This document shows, piece by piece, positions 1 through 10,574 of a stretch of 64,000 bases of DNA (position 1 is its first letter; every line of letters starts with the position of its first letter). Both the position numbers and the translations under genes were made by a program. Origin of the DNA: Candidatus Poribacteria bacterium (GTDB taxonomy: Bacteria > Poribacteria > WGA-4E > WGA-3G); the NCBI GenBank assembly GCA_965215265.1, contig OZ244048.1, positions 4,672,001 to 4,736,000 of the forward strand. The letters run 5' to 3'. The notes under the pieces are model-generated. The model saw only the letters and a list, made by a program, of their open reading frames with translations, did not search any database and was not told where the DNA came from.

Positions 1-573
1 ATGGTAAGCCCTATCCTTTGACAACTTCGGAAACCCTATCGGTGCTTTTTCGCAAGCTCCGGTGGGGTTTCTTTCGCTGGGGGGGGGGGCTCCGTCTCTT
101 ATCATGTCCGACCTACCCTCGCCTTTCACTTTATCCTTTGTGGCAATCCTTCCATTTCCTGATGAGAGCTGCCCCATGCTTGCACAGGAATGTTATGGCC
201 CCCAGTGTCGCGGTACACAAAGCCAGTGACTCAAAGACGTACCACTTGTCAAACCACATCCCAAAGAACTTGAAATGAAAAGCCTCTCGATAACGAGATT
301 GAAACAACATTACGGTTGCAATCTTGAATACAAGATATGTCTCAAGGTTCGGGGGAGAAGGTGTAAGCCTTGCTATTGCGAGCAACTTGCGTTAATCCCA
401 CAATCTCTCTGCACAAGGGAACTTACAAATTCTCTAGCTTCAGTTGGGAGAACATGTCAATTGGCTGTGAGAACCAATATTTTTAGTTTTTCTGGAAACA
501 GGTCATCTCACATTATAGTGAATCCCGTAATTACTTATACATTTTTATCATGTCATCAATAGCCACCTCAGCA

Positions 574-630
574 TTATATTGCCGTCTCAATCGGGTTCAA
601 CTCCGGCGAATACGGCGGCAAAAATAGCAA
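574..630 (-). mobile_element. IS630-family transposase remnant (C-terminal catalytic motif fragment only)
   Basis: Reverse strand translates LLFLPPYSPELNPIETAI*, the hallmark LPxYSPxLNPIE motif of IS630/Tc1-like DDE transposases; no rest of the ORF visible. Confidence 0.75.
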
Positions 631-721
631 ACTCTCTGTTGAATATGCCATAATCGTAAATGATAACATAAGTCTCAGAAAATGTAAACTTATTTTTCGG
701 AGATACTATAATCCAGGTGCG

Positions 722-1152
722 TTGGAATTGGACATTTCTGCGAAAACCTTGCGTGAAAAGGTGCAGGCGGCATTACGGGCCGAGGGTGTGCCGACGGGGC
801 AGTGGCAGTGGCGAGATAGGTATTCTTTGTCTCATGGCAAGATAACCTTTTACTCGCCACCCGCTGGGCGGCTTCCAGTCCCGTCTCAGGAAATTTTCCA
901 TAACCGAATCGGTTACGGCAAAGGATTTGGGTGGGCGGGCGATGTAATCAGTCAACGGTTGAATACAACACGGCAGACTATCCCAAATCGGTTGCGTTTA
1001 TCGATTCGTACTGTTATCTCTTTGATGTGAATCCTCCCAATGACCTGAGTTTGATGAATCTGTATGTTGAAGCGTTCCGTAAAGTGATAGGGCAGCTGGA
1101 TGCCGTGCTTGAAGTGCCTGCCACGACAGATTCTTATTCGGGTTTACTATAA
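722..1152 (+). pseudogene. C-terminal fragment of DegT/DnrJ/EryC1/StrS-type aminotransferase, frameshifted near 937-939
   Basis: ORFs 722-1030 and 931-1152 join into '...KVQAALRAEGVP..WQ..LPVP.QEIF...GYGKG...Y...DYP...PPND..LM.LYVEAFRKV', resembling DegT C-termini; no N-terminal PLP domain. Confidence 0.55.
808..860. repeat. Imperfect palindrome (GTGGCGAG...CTCGCCAC) inside the DegT fragment
   Basis: 8-bp perfect terminal arms plus inner AGGT/ACCT and CTT/AAG pairing seen directly. Confidence 0.65.
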
Positions 1153-1304
1153 CTCGCGGATGTTGTTTAGATACGCCCGCGGCTTTTTCCGCCTGAATCG
1201 CGGATTTTCACAGAGCACACAACTCACACGGATTTTAGCATTCTAACACCCCTCAAAGGCTGATTGCATACAGCAGGTATTCGGGGCTGTCTGTTGGACA
1301 ACCG

Positions 1305-1874
1305 CTAAAGATACCGCTGAATCTTTTGAAAACTTTGTATATCCAACTTTCGGTAATCTGGAATATCGTATCGGTTGCCCCGGACATCAGTCACGAAAAG
1401 CCTAGCCGGTGGTACCTGTTTGACATTCTGATTTAAGCCTCGCACGGAAAATTTCACACGGCCGCGTGCTGTTTTTACCTCCCACTCATGAATTCCGAAC
1501 TGCTCCTTAACCCGGTAAATTTTCTGAATTATAGGAGTGAAGTACCGTTTATCCAATTCTTCTTGGAGAATTGTGAGGCTCTGCGGATCCAGTTGTGCCG
1601 GATTAACGATAATCCCGATTTCGGTATCCTCGTCAGCAGCGAGCGAGATGTACCGTTCTGGGGTGCTCAGCGGTGTGAGTCGACGTGCTATGATTCGTAG
1701 GTAACACACTTGGTCCTGTATTTCAAGACGTGCTGCGCCGACGGGTGAGCGGGTCAAGCGAAGCTTTGCTGGATGGAGGTAGTTGGGCGTAAAATCGTCC
1801 GTATCTTGACTTTCTGTAACAGCCTGGACTGTCTCAATCGCGAGATTTTTTTTTGAGTTTTTTGTCTGTTCCAT
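1305..1874 (-). CDS. DUF1854 domain-containing protein
   Basis: PLSTPERYISL, EELDKRYFTP, WEVKTARG, DVRGNRY motifs; ATG at 1874 behind GGAGG, directly after ABC gene. Confidence 0.85.
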   Translation of the reverse strand: MEQTKNSKKNLAIETVQAVTESQDTDDFTPNYLHPAKLRLTRSPVGAARLEIQDQVCYLRIIARRLTPLSTPERYISLAADEDTEIGIIVNPAQLDPQSLTILQEELDKRYFTPIIQKIYRVKEQFGIHEWEVKTARGRVKFSVRGLNQNVKQVPPARLFVTDVRGNRYDIPDYRKLDIQSFQKIQRYL

Positions 1875-1875
1875 C

Positions 1876-4230
1876 TTAGCCCTCCACGGCTTGTGCTGCT
1901 GCGCGCACATTCGCTGCTTCGCGTTGGGTTTCCACTAACTTGTAGTAGATACCTTTTTTTGCCATGAGTTCTTCATGGGAGCCGGACTCAACTCCTTTTC
2001 CTTTTTCAATAACAAAAAGCCTATCAGCATTTCGGAGTGTGGAGAGTCGATGTGCGATTGCGAAGGTCGTTCGGTTTTTAACGAGTCTGTCAATGGCTTG
2101 TTGAATTTTCTTTTCTGTCTCAACGTCGACGGACGAAGTGGCTTCATCGAGGATGAGAATGCGGGGGTTATGTAAAATTGCGCGGGCTATTGAGATGCGT
2201 TGGCGTTCGCCTCCGGATAAACGACCTCCGCGTTCTCCCACCTCCGTGTCATACCCGTCAGGGAATTTGATAATGAATTCGTGTGCGTTTGCCGCTTTTG
2301 CTGCGGTGACAATTTCTTCCATAGACGCGTCTGGGTGCGCGTAAGCGATGTTTTCCGCGATAGTTCCGCTAAATAGGTACGGCTCTTGGAGAACCACACC
2401 AATTTGCTGACGGAAATCTTTGAGGTTGATTTTGGTGATGTCTATCCCATCAATCTCTAAACGACCTGAATCCGGAGTATAGAATCTACAAATCAGATTA
2501 ATCAGGGTTGATTTCCCTGCACCGGAGTGTCCAACAAGCCCGATCATCTCTCCGGGTTTGACGTGTAGGTTGATATCCTTTAACACCGGCTTATGGGCAT
2601 CGTAACCGAACGTCATATTGTGAAAACGGACTTCTCCCAAAATATCAGGTACCGCTTCAAGCGTCCCGTCGTCTAGCTGCTCTGGGGGTGAGTCAATCAC
2701 CTCAAACAAACGTTCAGCCGCCGTCATTGAACGGGATGCCCAGTTAATCAGTGGACTGATATAACGCAGCGGTTCATAGAACATACTTAAGTAACTTTGA
2801 AATGCAATGAGGGTGCCGAGTGTCATAGTAGTGCCTAGGACGTTCAAGCCTCCAGCGTACCATATAATGAGGGTGCCTAACTGAATGGCAAGCATCAGTG
2901 GTGGATAATAGGTAGCCCAGATGAGTTCTGCGTTCGTTTCGTAGTCCCGTGCATCTATGTTGGATTCATGAAACCTGTCAACCTCGCCACGCTGTTTCCC
3001 GAACGCACGAACAACCCGGATACCGGAGACAGAGTCATTGACTACATCAAAGAGTTTTGACCTGCGTCGCCAGGCGCGGTGCCACAAATTTCGGACTGTT
3101 TTCCAAAACCACCTCGCCCCGAAGATGATGATCGGGATAGGAATTAGAATAAAGCAGGCGAGCTGCCAATTCATCCAAAAGAGTACTGCCCCAATTCCGA
3201 AGAAGAGTAACAATTCCACGGCAAGAAATGAAAGGCCTTCCAACAGGAAATCCTGCAGCCGTTCGCTGTCTTCGGTGATATGGGAGATGACTGTCCCAGT
3301 TTTCCGTTTGTCAAAGAATCGGATGGAGAGATTATGCAGATGCTGGTAAACATGCGCGCGAATGTTTGCTGCAACGCGGAACGTCAACCAGGCTCCCAAC
3401 CGCAAGCGGAGAACGTCAAAAATAACGCGGATGACCATTATTGTTAACAGAGATGCTACGGCAATGCCTAGTGCTATTGCAGGCGTTTGCATCGTGCGGA
3501 ACATGTTCCCCAGCCAAGTCTCCGATGCTGTTTGGGCAGCAGCGGCATCCTGATTCAACACGAGGATATCGTCAATTAAGATACGTGAGAAGTAGGGCGG
3601 TAACAACTGAATGAGCGTTCCTATGATAATGAACCCCATGAAAATGGCTGCCTTGGCGCGATACGGTTTGAGATACGAGAGGATCCGCATCATCACTTTG
3701 TGTTTCTTTGTGCATGCTGGGCACGGGAAAAATTCATCGGGGAGCGGCAATCCGCACGTCTTGCAGCTCTGTTCTTCTACTTTGTAATCCCATATTGGGG
3801 CTTCATCACGCTTTTTGTCTCGATATGCTATTTCGTCTCCGATAAATTGTGCGACGAAACCGAATTTCGCGGCGCAGCCATTTGAATAGCGAATTAGGTC
3901 CGTTGTCCCTTCCCTTGATTCTAATATCAAAACACCGGCATCGACAACGACTTCGGCTCGAATGCCAAGTACACTTTTATACGGAATATAGTGCAGCACC
4001 GTGCCATCGGCGGAGACGGTGAAAATCGCCGCGTCTGTTAGTACAAACCACTCTTCACCGAAAACGCCCGCTGAAGTAATGTCACTTTGGACAGCAAACC
4101 GGATTTGTTCAAAAGCGACATTGATGCTTTTTAGTGTTTCTTCAATTAAAGGTGGCAATTCGTCAACCGTGCCCGTTTTTCTCTCTGTAGTTGGCATTCC
4201 TTCCTGAATCCTCCGTTTGAACAAAGTCAT
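1876..4230 (-). CDS. ABC exporter, fused permease/ATPase (MsbA/MdlB-like) with N-terminal extension and CxxC..CxxC zinc ribbon
   Basis: Walker A GHSGAGKS, signature LSGGERQR, Walker B ILILDEATS, TM domain, CKTC...CPAC. Confidence 0.92.
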   Translation of the reverse strand: MTLFKRRIQEGMPTTERKTGTVDELPPLIEETLKSINVAFEQIRFAVQSDITSAGVFGEEWFVLTDAAIFTVSADGTVLHYIPYKSVLGIRAEVVVDAGVLILESREGTTDLIRYSNGCAAKFGFVAQFIGDEIAYRDKKRDEAPIWDYKVEEQSCKTCGLPLPDEFFPCPACTKKHKVMMRILSYLKPYRAKAAIFMGFIIIGTLIQLLPPYFSRILIDDILVLNQDAAAAQTASETWLGNMFRTMQTPAIALGIAVASLLTIMVIRVIFDVLRLRLGAWLTFRVAANIRAHVYQHLHNLSIRFFDKRKTGTVISHITEDSERLQDFLLEGLSFLAVELLLFFGIGAVLFWMNWQLACFILIPIPIIIFGARWFWKTVRNLWHRAWRRRSKLFDVVNDSVSGIRVVRAFGKQRGEVDRFHESNIDARDYETNAELIWATYYPPLMLAIQLGTLIIWYAGGLNVLGTTMTLGTLIAFQSYLSMFYEPLRYISPLINWASRSMTAAERLFEVIDSPPEQLDDGTLEAVPDILGEVRFHNMTFGYDAHKPVLKDINLHVKPGEMIGLVGHSGAGKSTLINLICRFYTPDSGRLEIDGIDITKINLKDFRQQIGVVLQEPYLFSGTIAENIAYAHPDASMEEIVTAAKAANAHEFIIKFPDGYDTEVGERGGRLSGGERQRISIARAILHNPRILILDEATSSVDVETEKKIQQAIDRLVKNRTTFAIAHRLSTLRNADRLFVIEKGKGVESGSHEELMAKKGIYYKLVETQREAANVRAAAQAVEG

Positions 4231-4329
4231 CTGTTAGATGACTGGTTTTGCTTAATTAACACAGTCCTAAGCTGGATAAAAAATACACAGTTTTAAAGGG
4301 GCCGCGGAAATTAGAGAAGTCGTTGATAC

Positions 4330-4572
4330 TTACTTTGTCGTCCGCGTGCGTTTGTCTGGATACTTCCAAGGAATTTTGTAATCAATAGACTTCCAGCGAG
4401 TTCTGTCTAAGCGTTTTACTGAAAACAACTTCCGGCCGCATCCACACGATATCCCGTGGACATGCCCGCTTGAACAGCGCTGCTTTTGAACAAAGTCTAT
4501 ACTCTCTGGATGTACACGATACCCGTGCCTACATGTGTAACAGACTAAATACATCTTCTCGGCTCTATCCAT
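4330..4572 (-). CDS. Small basic Cys/His-rich protein, possible zinc ribbon
   Basis: CYTCRH, CSSGH and CGCG motifs in about 80 aa; start uncertain. Confidence 0.5.
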   Translation of the reverse strand: MDRAEKMYLVCYTCRHGYRVHPESIDFVQKQRCSSGHVHGISCGCGRKLFSVKRLDRTRWKSIDYKIPWKYPDKRTRTTK

Positions 4573-4829
4573 TTCTGTTTTTGCTTTTCCAAGTGCCAAT
4601 TGAATTTTGAATCAGGGCCGATTCTGCCCGTCCCCGGTTTGAAGGTTAAAAATTTTAGTAGATAGGAGTGCGTCCCTATTCCTTTTTAACCTGTTTTTAT
4701 CGGTTTAATTCAAATTTTTCTATATATCTCCGTACCACCAACGTCTCTGTTTTGATAACTCGTGTGTAAATCTCGTCTGAGCCATTCTAGGTTATGATTC
4801 CTCAATTCGATTGCTTGAAAATTTACGCT

Positions 4830-5948
4830 TTAAATGGCAATCGCGTGCTTTTGAAGAACTGCATCGTTCAATTCAACGCCAAGTCCGGGTTTGGTAGAAG
4901 GTATCATATAACCGTCTTCCCACTGTAAGGGTTCCTTGAGAATGTCAGCATGAAAGCCGTCCCATTTATGGATACCTTCCTGGATTAAAAAATTCGGACT
5001 ACAGACATCCAATTGGATGTTCGCTGCGCCGCCGATGGGTCCGCCGTACAAGTGTGGTGCGATTTGGGCGTAGTGTGCCTCACCGATGGCGGCGATTTTT
5101 TTTGCTTCAAGGATGCCCCCGGTGATTGTCAAGTCCATCTGCAAAATAGAGGCGGCCTGCTGCTCAAGCAGGTCTACGAATTCGTATTTGGTGAGTAACC
5201 GTTCGCCGGTCGCAATGGGAATGCTGGTTGCTTGCGCGACGCGTGCCATCTCTTTGATGTTCTCGGGTGGTACAGGCTCCTCAAACCAGAGGGGATCGTA
5301 GGGTTCCACGCGTTTGGCAAAACGGATAGCACTGTTCGTGTTGAATTGTCCGTGGGTTCCGATGAGAATATCGCATCGATCTCCGACAGCATCACGAATG
5401 GCACGGATGACACTTTCAGCATAATTTAGCGTCTCCAGTCGATCTACGTGACGTGCATCAACCGGGTCTAATTTAACAGCGGTAAACCCTTTTTCGACGT
5501 AGGCGAGCGCGAGTTCAGCGGTTTTTTCTGGGGAATCGCCACGTCGCCATTCCAAGAGATAGGAATAGGCGCGCAGCTTTTCATGAAACATACCACCTAA
5601 CAGATTGTAAATTGGCTGGTTTAACGCTTTGCCTACGATGTCCCAGCAGGCCATCTCTATTGCACTCATGGCAGGAGTACTGAGCGGGCCGGAATGCCGT
5701 ACACTGGGGCCCTCGTACAGGGTGTTCCAAATTTTCTCAATCCGGAACGGATCCGCGCCAATAAGGAAACGTTCACCCCAATCCTTGATTAATTCAACAA
5801 CAACATGATTGAGTTGGGTATGATAGGTACATTCACCGACTCCTTCGATACCGTTATCTGTGCGTAATTTAACGAAAATCCAACGTCTGCCACCCCAATG
5901 CGGTGGTGGTACATCAACCATATAGGTTTTTACCTGTACAATTTTCAT
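4830..5948 (-). CDS. Mandelate racemase/muconate lactonising enzyme family, galactonate dehydratase (DgoD)-like
   Basis: SAIEMACWDIVGK, KxD, WFEEPVPPEN, ATGERL, APHLYGGPI, PGLGVEL. Confidence 0.88.
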   Translation of the reverse strand: MKIVQVKTYMVDVPPPHWGGRRWIFVKLRTDNGIEGVGECTYHTQLNHVVVELIKDWGERFLIGADPFRIEKIWNTLYEGPSVRHSGPLSTPAMSAIEMACWDIVGKALNQPIYNLLGGMFHEKLRAYSYLLEWRRGDSPEKTAELALAYVEKGFTAVKLDPVDARHVDRLETLNYAESVIRAIRDAVGDRCDILIGTHGQFNTNSAIRFAKRVEPYDPLWFEEPVPPENIKEMARVAQATSIPIATGERLLTKYEFVDLLEQQAASILQMDLTITGGILEAKKIAAIGEAHYAQIAPHLYGGPIGGAANIQLDVCSPNFLIQEGIHKWDGFHADILKEPLQWEDGYMIPSTKPGLGVELNDAVLQKHAIAI

Positions 5949-5983
5949 CGCTTTTTCCCTTTAATCTTGCTTGCCATCCGTAG

Positions 5984-8236
5984 TTATGGATTCCACCAAT
6001 AGGTAAACTTTACCACAAGTGTCGTATCTATCAACGCGTTCGTCATGCTTTCTGTTCCATAAGTTTGGTTGAAGACAAAATAGAAATCGCTTCCGGGACG
6101 ATAGATATAATTGACTAAGAAATTCGTTGTCACCAATTCTCTATCACTGCTCCATTGGAGATAGAGTTTAGCGAACAGGTCGGTTGAAAAGGAATAAACT
6201 ATGCGTCCGCCGAAGATGTTTGTGTTGAACGTACCTTGTGGCAGATTGATGCGATTAAATTCGTATCTCGGTTCAAGGCTAAAACGGCCGGTAGGTCGGA
6301 AGTCCATACGGATGTCAAATCCGCGGCGGGTGCCGTCGTAGAAATCACCGAAATTGAGTGATAACCTCCCGGTCAACTTTGTGTTTCCCTCTGAATTCAG
6401 CATAAGGTTGTATTGCGTATAGTGATAGGCCCCAGGCGGAATAATCACGTCTTCTCGTATTTCAAAATCCTCCTCGAGGTTTTCAAATTCTCGTCTAATG
6501 CGAATACCGCCCCAGCCGCCCTTTTCCAATTCAAGCCAGGTACCCCACATGAGCGTTTGCGTCTCCAATTGATTTTCTGAATTGAAAATAATGTCAAACT
6601 CTGGACCAATCCATAGTCTACGGAGTCCATACCGGTGCAGGTAAGGCGTGCCTCGTGCTTCACCACGAATCCATTTCGCCCCGGGGCGTTGTACATAGCC
6701 GACTTCAGGATTGAAATCTTCACCGATATCGGTATAAGAGGCGTTGACCCTTGCAACAGTACTTTGCCAATTTCCGCCTAAGTACCATGCATCGGGTTTT
6801 TGCATAGGCCTTTCTCTGTCAAGATTAGCGGCTTCGTCTTGAGATTCGCTTGCGTCAAACGTTCGTGCCCAAAGTGCCCTGAGATTCATCCGATCCGTGG
6901 GGCGGTATACAAAATCAACACCAGTCGCGCGATTTTGGACATCACTCCCCTGCTTATTGACGGCAATCATCCCGAGGCTGGATCCGGTAAACAGATCGCG
7001 TTTAACGCGCAGGACTGAGTAGTTTGTACGCGGGACATTCACGACATCTGTGCTTTCTGTGGTGTCTGCTGCGTATTTATCCGTGAGAACATTCAGGACC
7101 CCAACGGCGTAGTTGCCTACCTTACCGCTGACTTTTCCGCCTGCAAGAATAGGGATAGCGTGTTCTTCCGCAATGCCGATGCGTCGACTGTAAAAGAGCA
7201 GGAGCGGCGGCGGTGCATTGAAACTTGTGCGTGGGATACCAAAATCAAATACACCGGCACCTTCTAAAAAAAATTGACGTTTCTCAGGAAAAAAGAGGCT
7301 GAACCGCGTTAAATTGGCTTGCTCTTGGTCCGCTTCAACTTGTGCGAAGTCGGTGTTGACGGTTAAATCGGCAGTCAAGTTTGACGTAACACGAACCTTA
7401 GCATCAGCTCCAAGATCCAATACAGCGTCTATATCTTCGTTTTCAGCCTGTTGAACGCCGGGAAGCAGATAGGGGAGAAACTCAATGTTGCGTCCTTGCG
7501 AGATACCAGATAAACCACTCAGGGTGCCAAGGTGCGTTGTGCGATAGCGGGCTAACCAATTATAGGCGGCCGGAACCGGTGCCCATGTTCCCTCCTCCTG
7601 GTTTTTCTGAATCGTGCGTCCGATGTTTAATCCCCATTCCATTGTCTCTTCGTCTTTAAATCGGAGTTGACTGAACGGAATAGCGATTTCAGCTGTCCAA
7701 TGATCTGCGTTAATTTTCGCTTTGCAGTTCCAGACGGCGTTCCAATTTTCGTTTCGACTGTCGCCACTGTCCATTATAGCGACATCTTCGCGCGCACCTA
7801 ATGGGTTAACCCGAAAGAAAAAACCGCTTCGCCTATCGTTATAGGTATCGAGAAGCACAAAGACGTTGTCATTATCCCATAACATCGTATCGCGCCGCAT
7901 CTTATTGGCAATCAGGGTAGCCGGTTTAGGTTCAGTGCAGACAAAACCGAAATAGATATGCTTATCATCGTAAAGCATACGAACTTCCGTAGGTTCTGTC
8001 ATGGGGACACCTTCCTCCGGTTCAAATTGAATCAATTGGCGAATGGGTATCGCTTTCCGCCAATCGGGTTCAGTAAGTTCTCCATCAATTTCAATACTCT
8101 GATAAGTGCGATATGCAGTCGCGTGGTGTTTTTCTGGCTCCGCAGGCGGGACTGTCTCTTCTGATACTGCACTTATACTCGTAAAAAAAAGAAAGAGGAA
8201 AACTTGGAATTTATATAGGTAATCCATAATGTGCAA
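5984..8236 (-). CDS. DUF5916 outer-membrane protein with N-terminal carbohydrate-binding family 9-like domain
   Basis: Signal peptide, IDGELTEPDW, WTAEIAIPFSQLRF, VNTDFAQVEAD, FFPEKRQFFLEG, barrel-type C-terminus. Confidence 0.85.
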   Translation of the reverse strand: MHIMDYLYKFQVFLFLFFTSISAVSEETVPPAEPEKHHATAYRTYQSIEIDGELTEPDWRKAIPIRQLIQFEPEEGVPMTEPTEVRMLYDDKHIYFGFVCTEPKPATLIANKMRRDTMLWDNDNVFVLLDTYNDRRSGFFFRVNPLGAREDVAIMDSGDSRNENWNAVWNCKAKINADHWTAEIAIPFSQLRFKDEETMEWGLNIGRTIQKNQEEGTWAPVPAAYNWLARYRTTHLGTLSGLSGISQGRNIEFLPYLLPGVQQAENEDIDAVLDLGADAKVRVTSNLTADLTVNTDFAQVEADQEQANLTRFSLFFPEKRQFFLEGAGVFDFGIPRTSFNAPPPLLLFYSRRIGIAEEHAIPILAGGKVSGKVGNYAVGVLNVLTDKYAADTTESTDVVNVPRTNYSVLRVKRDLFTGSSLGMIAVNKQGSDVQNRATGVDFVYRPTDRMNLRALWARTFDASESQDEAANLDRERPMQKPDAWYLGGNWQSTVARVNASYTDIGEDFNPEVGYVQRPGAKWIRGEARGTPYLHRYGLRRLWIGPEFDIIFNSENQLETQTLMWGTWLELEKGGWGGIRIRREFENLEEDFEIREDVIIPPGAYHYTQYNLMLNSEGNTKLTGRLSLNFGDFYDGTRRGFDIRMDFRPTGRFSLEPRYEFNRINLPQGTFNTNIFGGRIVYSFSTDLFAKLYLQWSSDRELVTTNFLVNYIYRPGSDFYFVFNQTYGTESMTNALIDTTLVVKFTYWWNP

Positions 8237-8425
8237 ATTAGGTAAAGCGGCCCTCCGTAGATATTTGGTCGGACTGAGTTAGTTACCCGGAAAAAAAATT
8301 AATGCTATTATATCAGATTTGCCAAATTTCTGCACGTTTAATAGATTCGGTTCTGGAGGCATTCTGTTTTAGAGATGTTAGTTTTTTTTTCGGACAGAGA
8401 TAAGCGAAAGTGGACAGTCTCTGGT

Positions 8426-9637
8426 TTATCGGGGGCTGCTTACGGTGTAGGTATCCAACAGTGTTTCCTCTATATCGACACCGAAGCCCGGTTTATCGTC
8501 TAAGGTAAAGTGTCCATCTTGAGGGGTGGGGCGTAAACGCCGGTACAATTCGTTTTCCACTCCCGCTCGGGAGGGACCAAAAGTCTCAGCCATGCATGGC
8601 ATAGGCAGACATGCTGTCAGATGCAAGCCCCACGGCGTGCCGGCTTGATGGGGCCAGGTTGGGATGCCGAGTTCAGCTGCTTCTTGTGCGATGCGCATAC
8701 ATTCGATAAACCCCCCTGCCCAACTGACATCGGGCTGAATCATGTCTGCCGCCTTCCATCGCAATAGTTCACGGAACCCGTATCGTGTAAACTCATGCTC
8801 ACCGGAGACAATCCACGTTGGCTGTACTACTTTTACTAGTTTTGCCATGCCGGCGTAGTCGTCAAGCGGAATGGGTTCCTCAATCCATTTGAGTTGGGCA
8901 TCGCCTGCAGCCTCGGCGAACCGGAGTGTATAGTCTACGTCCCAGCGGAGATAGATGTCTGCCATCAATTGAACCTCTGCGCCGACAGTATTTCGGGCAG
9001 TATATATCATCTCTATGTTTTCGGCGAATCCGTCTTCACCTTCTGCAAGGCCATTCCGGAGCGGTATCTTACACGCGGTGAAGCCTTTTTCAGCATAGTA
9101 CCCGACCTCCGGGCCTGTGGCATAGGCGGGAATCTGGCATCGGGGTGTCTCTGTAATGAGACTATAGACAGGCATGTCTACAATTTTCCCACAGAGATCT
9201 ACGAGGGCGAGTTCTAGTCCGCTTAACGCGTAGATAACCAGACCACGCCGTCCGTAAATTGAGGTAATATGATATAGGTGGGTCCAAATATCTTCGACAT
9301 CAAGTGGGTCGCGCCCGATGACGAAGTGCTGGAGGTGCTTCTCAATAATTAGTGCGGCGGCGGCTCCACCGCCACCGAGTCCATAGCCTTTTAGGCCTTT
9401 ATCTGTTGTAATTTCTACGATGAGGGCCCCGGCTTGCGTAGCAAAGGGACCTCGCCAATCAATATGCTGTACACCGGTGTTGGTGGGAACGTTTTGGTTG
9501 CCAGCTTTAGCAAAACCCATTGTAGGCATAGCACGCGGATTTAGGTTAACGTGCCAGCTACGAATTCCTACGACTTTGTGGCGTGTTCGTGCGTGTGTCT
9601 TCCAATCTGCAGATAAGACAGTTTCCGGGGACTTCAT
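8426..9637 (-). CDS. Enolase-superfamily acid-sugar dehydratase, L-rhamnonate dehydratase-like
   Basis: YGRRGL..ALSG, PAYATG, KxP, WIEEP, SGEHEFTRYGF, QPDVSWAGG. Confidence 0.85.
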   Translation of the reverse strand: MKSPETVLSADWKTHARTRHKVVGIRSWHVNLNPRAMPTMGFAKAGNQNVPTNTGVQHIDWRGPFATQAGALIVEITTDKGLKGYGLGGGGAAAALIIEKHLQHFVIGRDPLDVEDIWTHLYHITSIYGRRGLVIYALSGLELALVDLCGKIVDMPVYSLITETPRCQIPAYATGPEVGYYAEKGFTACKIPLRNGLAEGEDGFAENIEMIYTARNTVGAEVQLMADIYLRWDVDYTLRFAEAAGDAQLKWIEEPIPLDDYAGMAKLVKVVQPTWIVSGEHEFTRYGFRELLRWKAADMIQPDVSWAGGFIECMRIAQEAAELGIPTWPHQAGTPWGLHLTACLPMPCMAETFGPSRAGVENELYRRLRPTPQDGHFTLDDKPGFGVDIEETLLDTYTVSSPR

Positions 9638-9648
9638 CCTTATGTTTC

Positions 9649-10542
9649 CTATAATTTCAAGTTAATGAAAATTAATGCCACGGCTGCCATCAACGCACCA
9701 ATCAGCGATGGACGGCTCAGGCGTTCATGAAGAAAAACCATGCCGACAAACATTGTGAAGAGTACTCCGCCGGAACTGGCTGTGGGAAAGGCAATTAAGG
9801 CGTTTACTTTATCCAGTGCGATGAGCAATGCCCAACTACCACCGACATTACAGATTCCCATTAGCACACCGTAGAACACTTCCCACCAAGTGGGCCATGC
9901 TTTTTCATAAAGGCAGACACCTAAGTAAACAACGGTGGCGATGCCGAAAAGAAAGCACATGTAGAGGGGTTTCTCATCGGCCGGGCACAGCTCATTAAAT
10001 GCCTTCATAGTCAGCCGCGAGGTACCGGTAACGATTAGAATCGTGATAGCAACCACAAAACCGACTCCGTGACTTACTTTTTCACGCGCGCCAGGGCTGT
10101 CTGCATAGGCAGCAGGTCTGAGTCTGTAGACCGGCTTTTTTTCCTTGCGGCTGAGTAAAGGAATCGCGCCGAAGGTCAAAAGCAGCCCTATGATCTGCCA
10201 TAAATTGGGAATCTCTTTCCAAAACAGCATCGCTGCCAGAATCGGGATAAAGATGGAGAGCCTTACTAGTGCAGCGGTAACGACAATTCCACTTAAGCGG
10301 ATGCCGACCGTGAACAACTCAAACCCGATGGCGTACGTCAACCCATTCGTTATCCCCAACGCCGCAGTCAGTTTTGTGAACGCGAAGTCCTGCTCTTGCG
10401 TGAATGCACAGACGCTGATGAAAAACGCGGTGAGGTAGTTGATAAAGCCGATGGCGTTCAGATGTTGTTGGTTCTCTTTGGCATGTTTGAGAATGAGTCC
10501 GAATCCGGACAGCAGGACAATGTTAAGAGCCAAGAAGAGCAT
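9649..10542 (-). CDS. DMT/EamA family membrane transporter
   Basis: About 10 hydrophobic segments in two EamA-like halves. Confidence 0.75.
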   Translation of the reverse strand: MLFLALNIVLLSGFGLILKHAKENQQHLNAIGFINYLTAFFISVCAFTQEQDFAFTKLTAALGITNGLTYAIGFELFTVGIRLSGIVVTAALVRLSIFIPILAAMLFWKEIPNLWQIIGLLLTFGAIPLLSRKEKKPVYRLRPAAYADSPGAREKVSHGVGFVVAITILIVTGTSRLTMKAFNELCPADEKPLYMCFLFGIATVVYLGVCLYEKAWPTWWEVFYGVLMGICNVGGSWALLIALDKVNALIAFPTASSGGVLFTMFVGMVFLHERLSRPSLIGALMAAVALIFINLKL

Positions 10543-10574
10543 AGGTTTTGCTGCCCCGGGGGCAGCACTCGCGC

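Noticed and set aside
1190-1240. TGAATCGCGGATTTT...CACACGGATTTT, possibly a degenerate interspersed repeat
   Set aside because: Single degenerate copy in the window; cannot be supported without a genome-wide search
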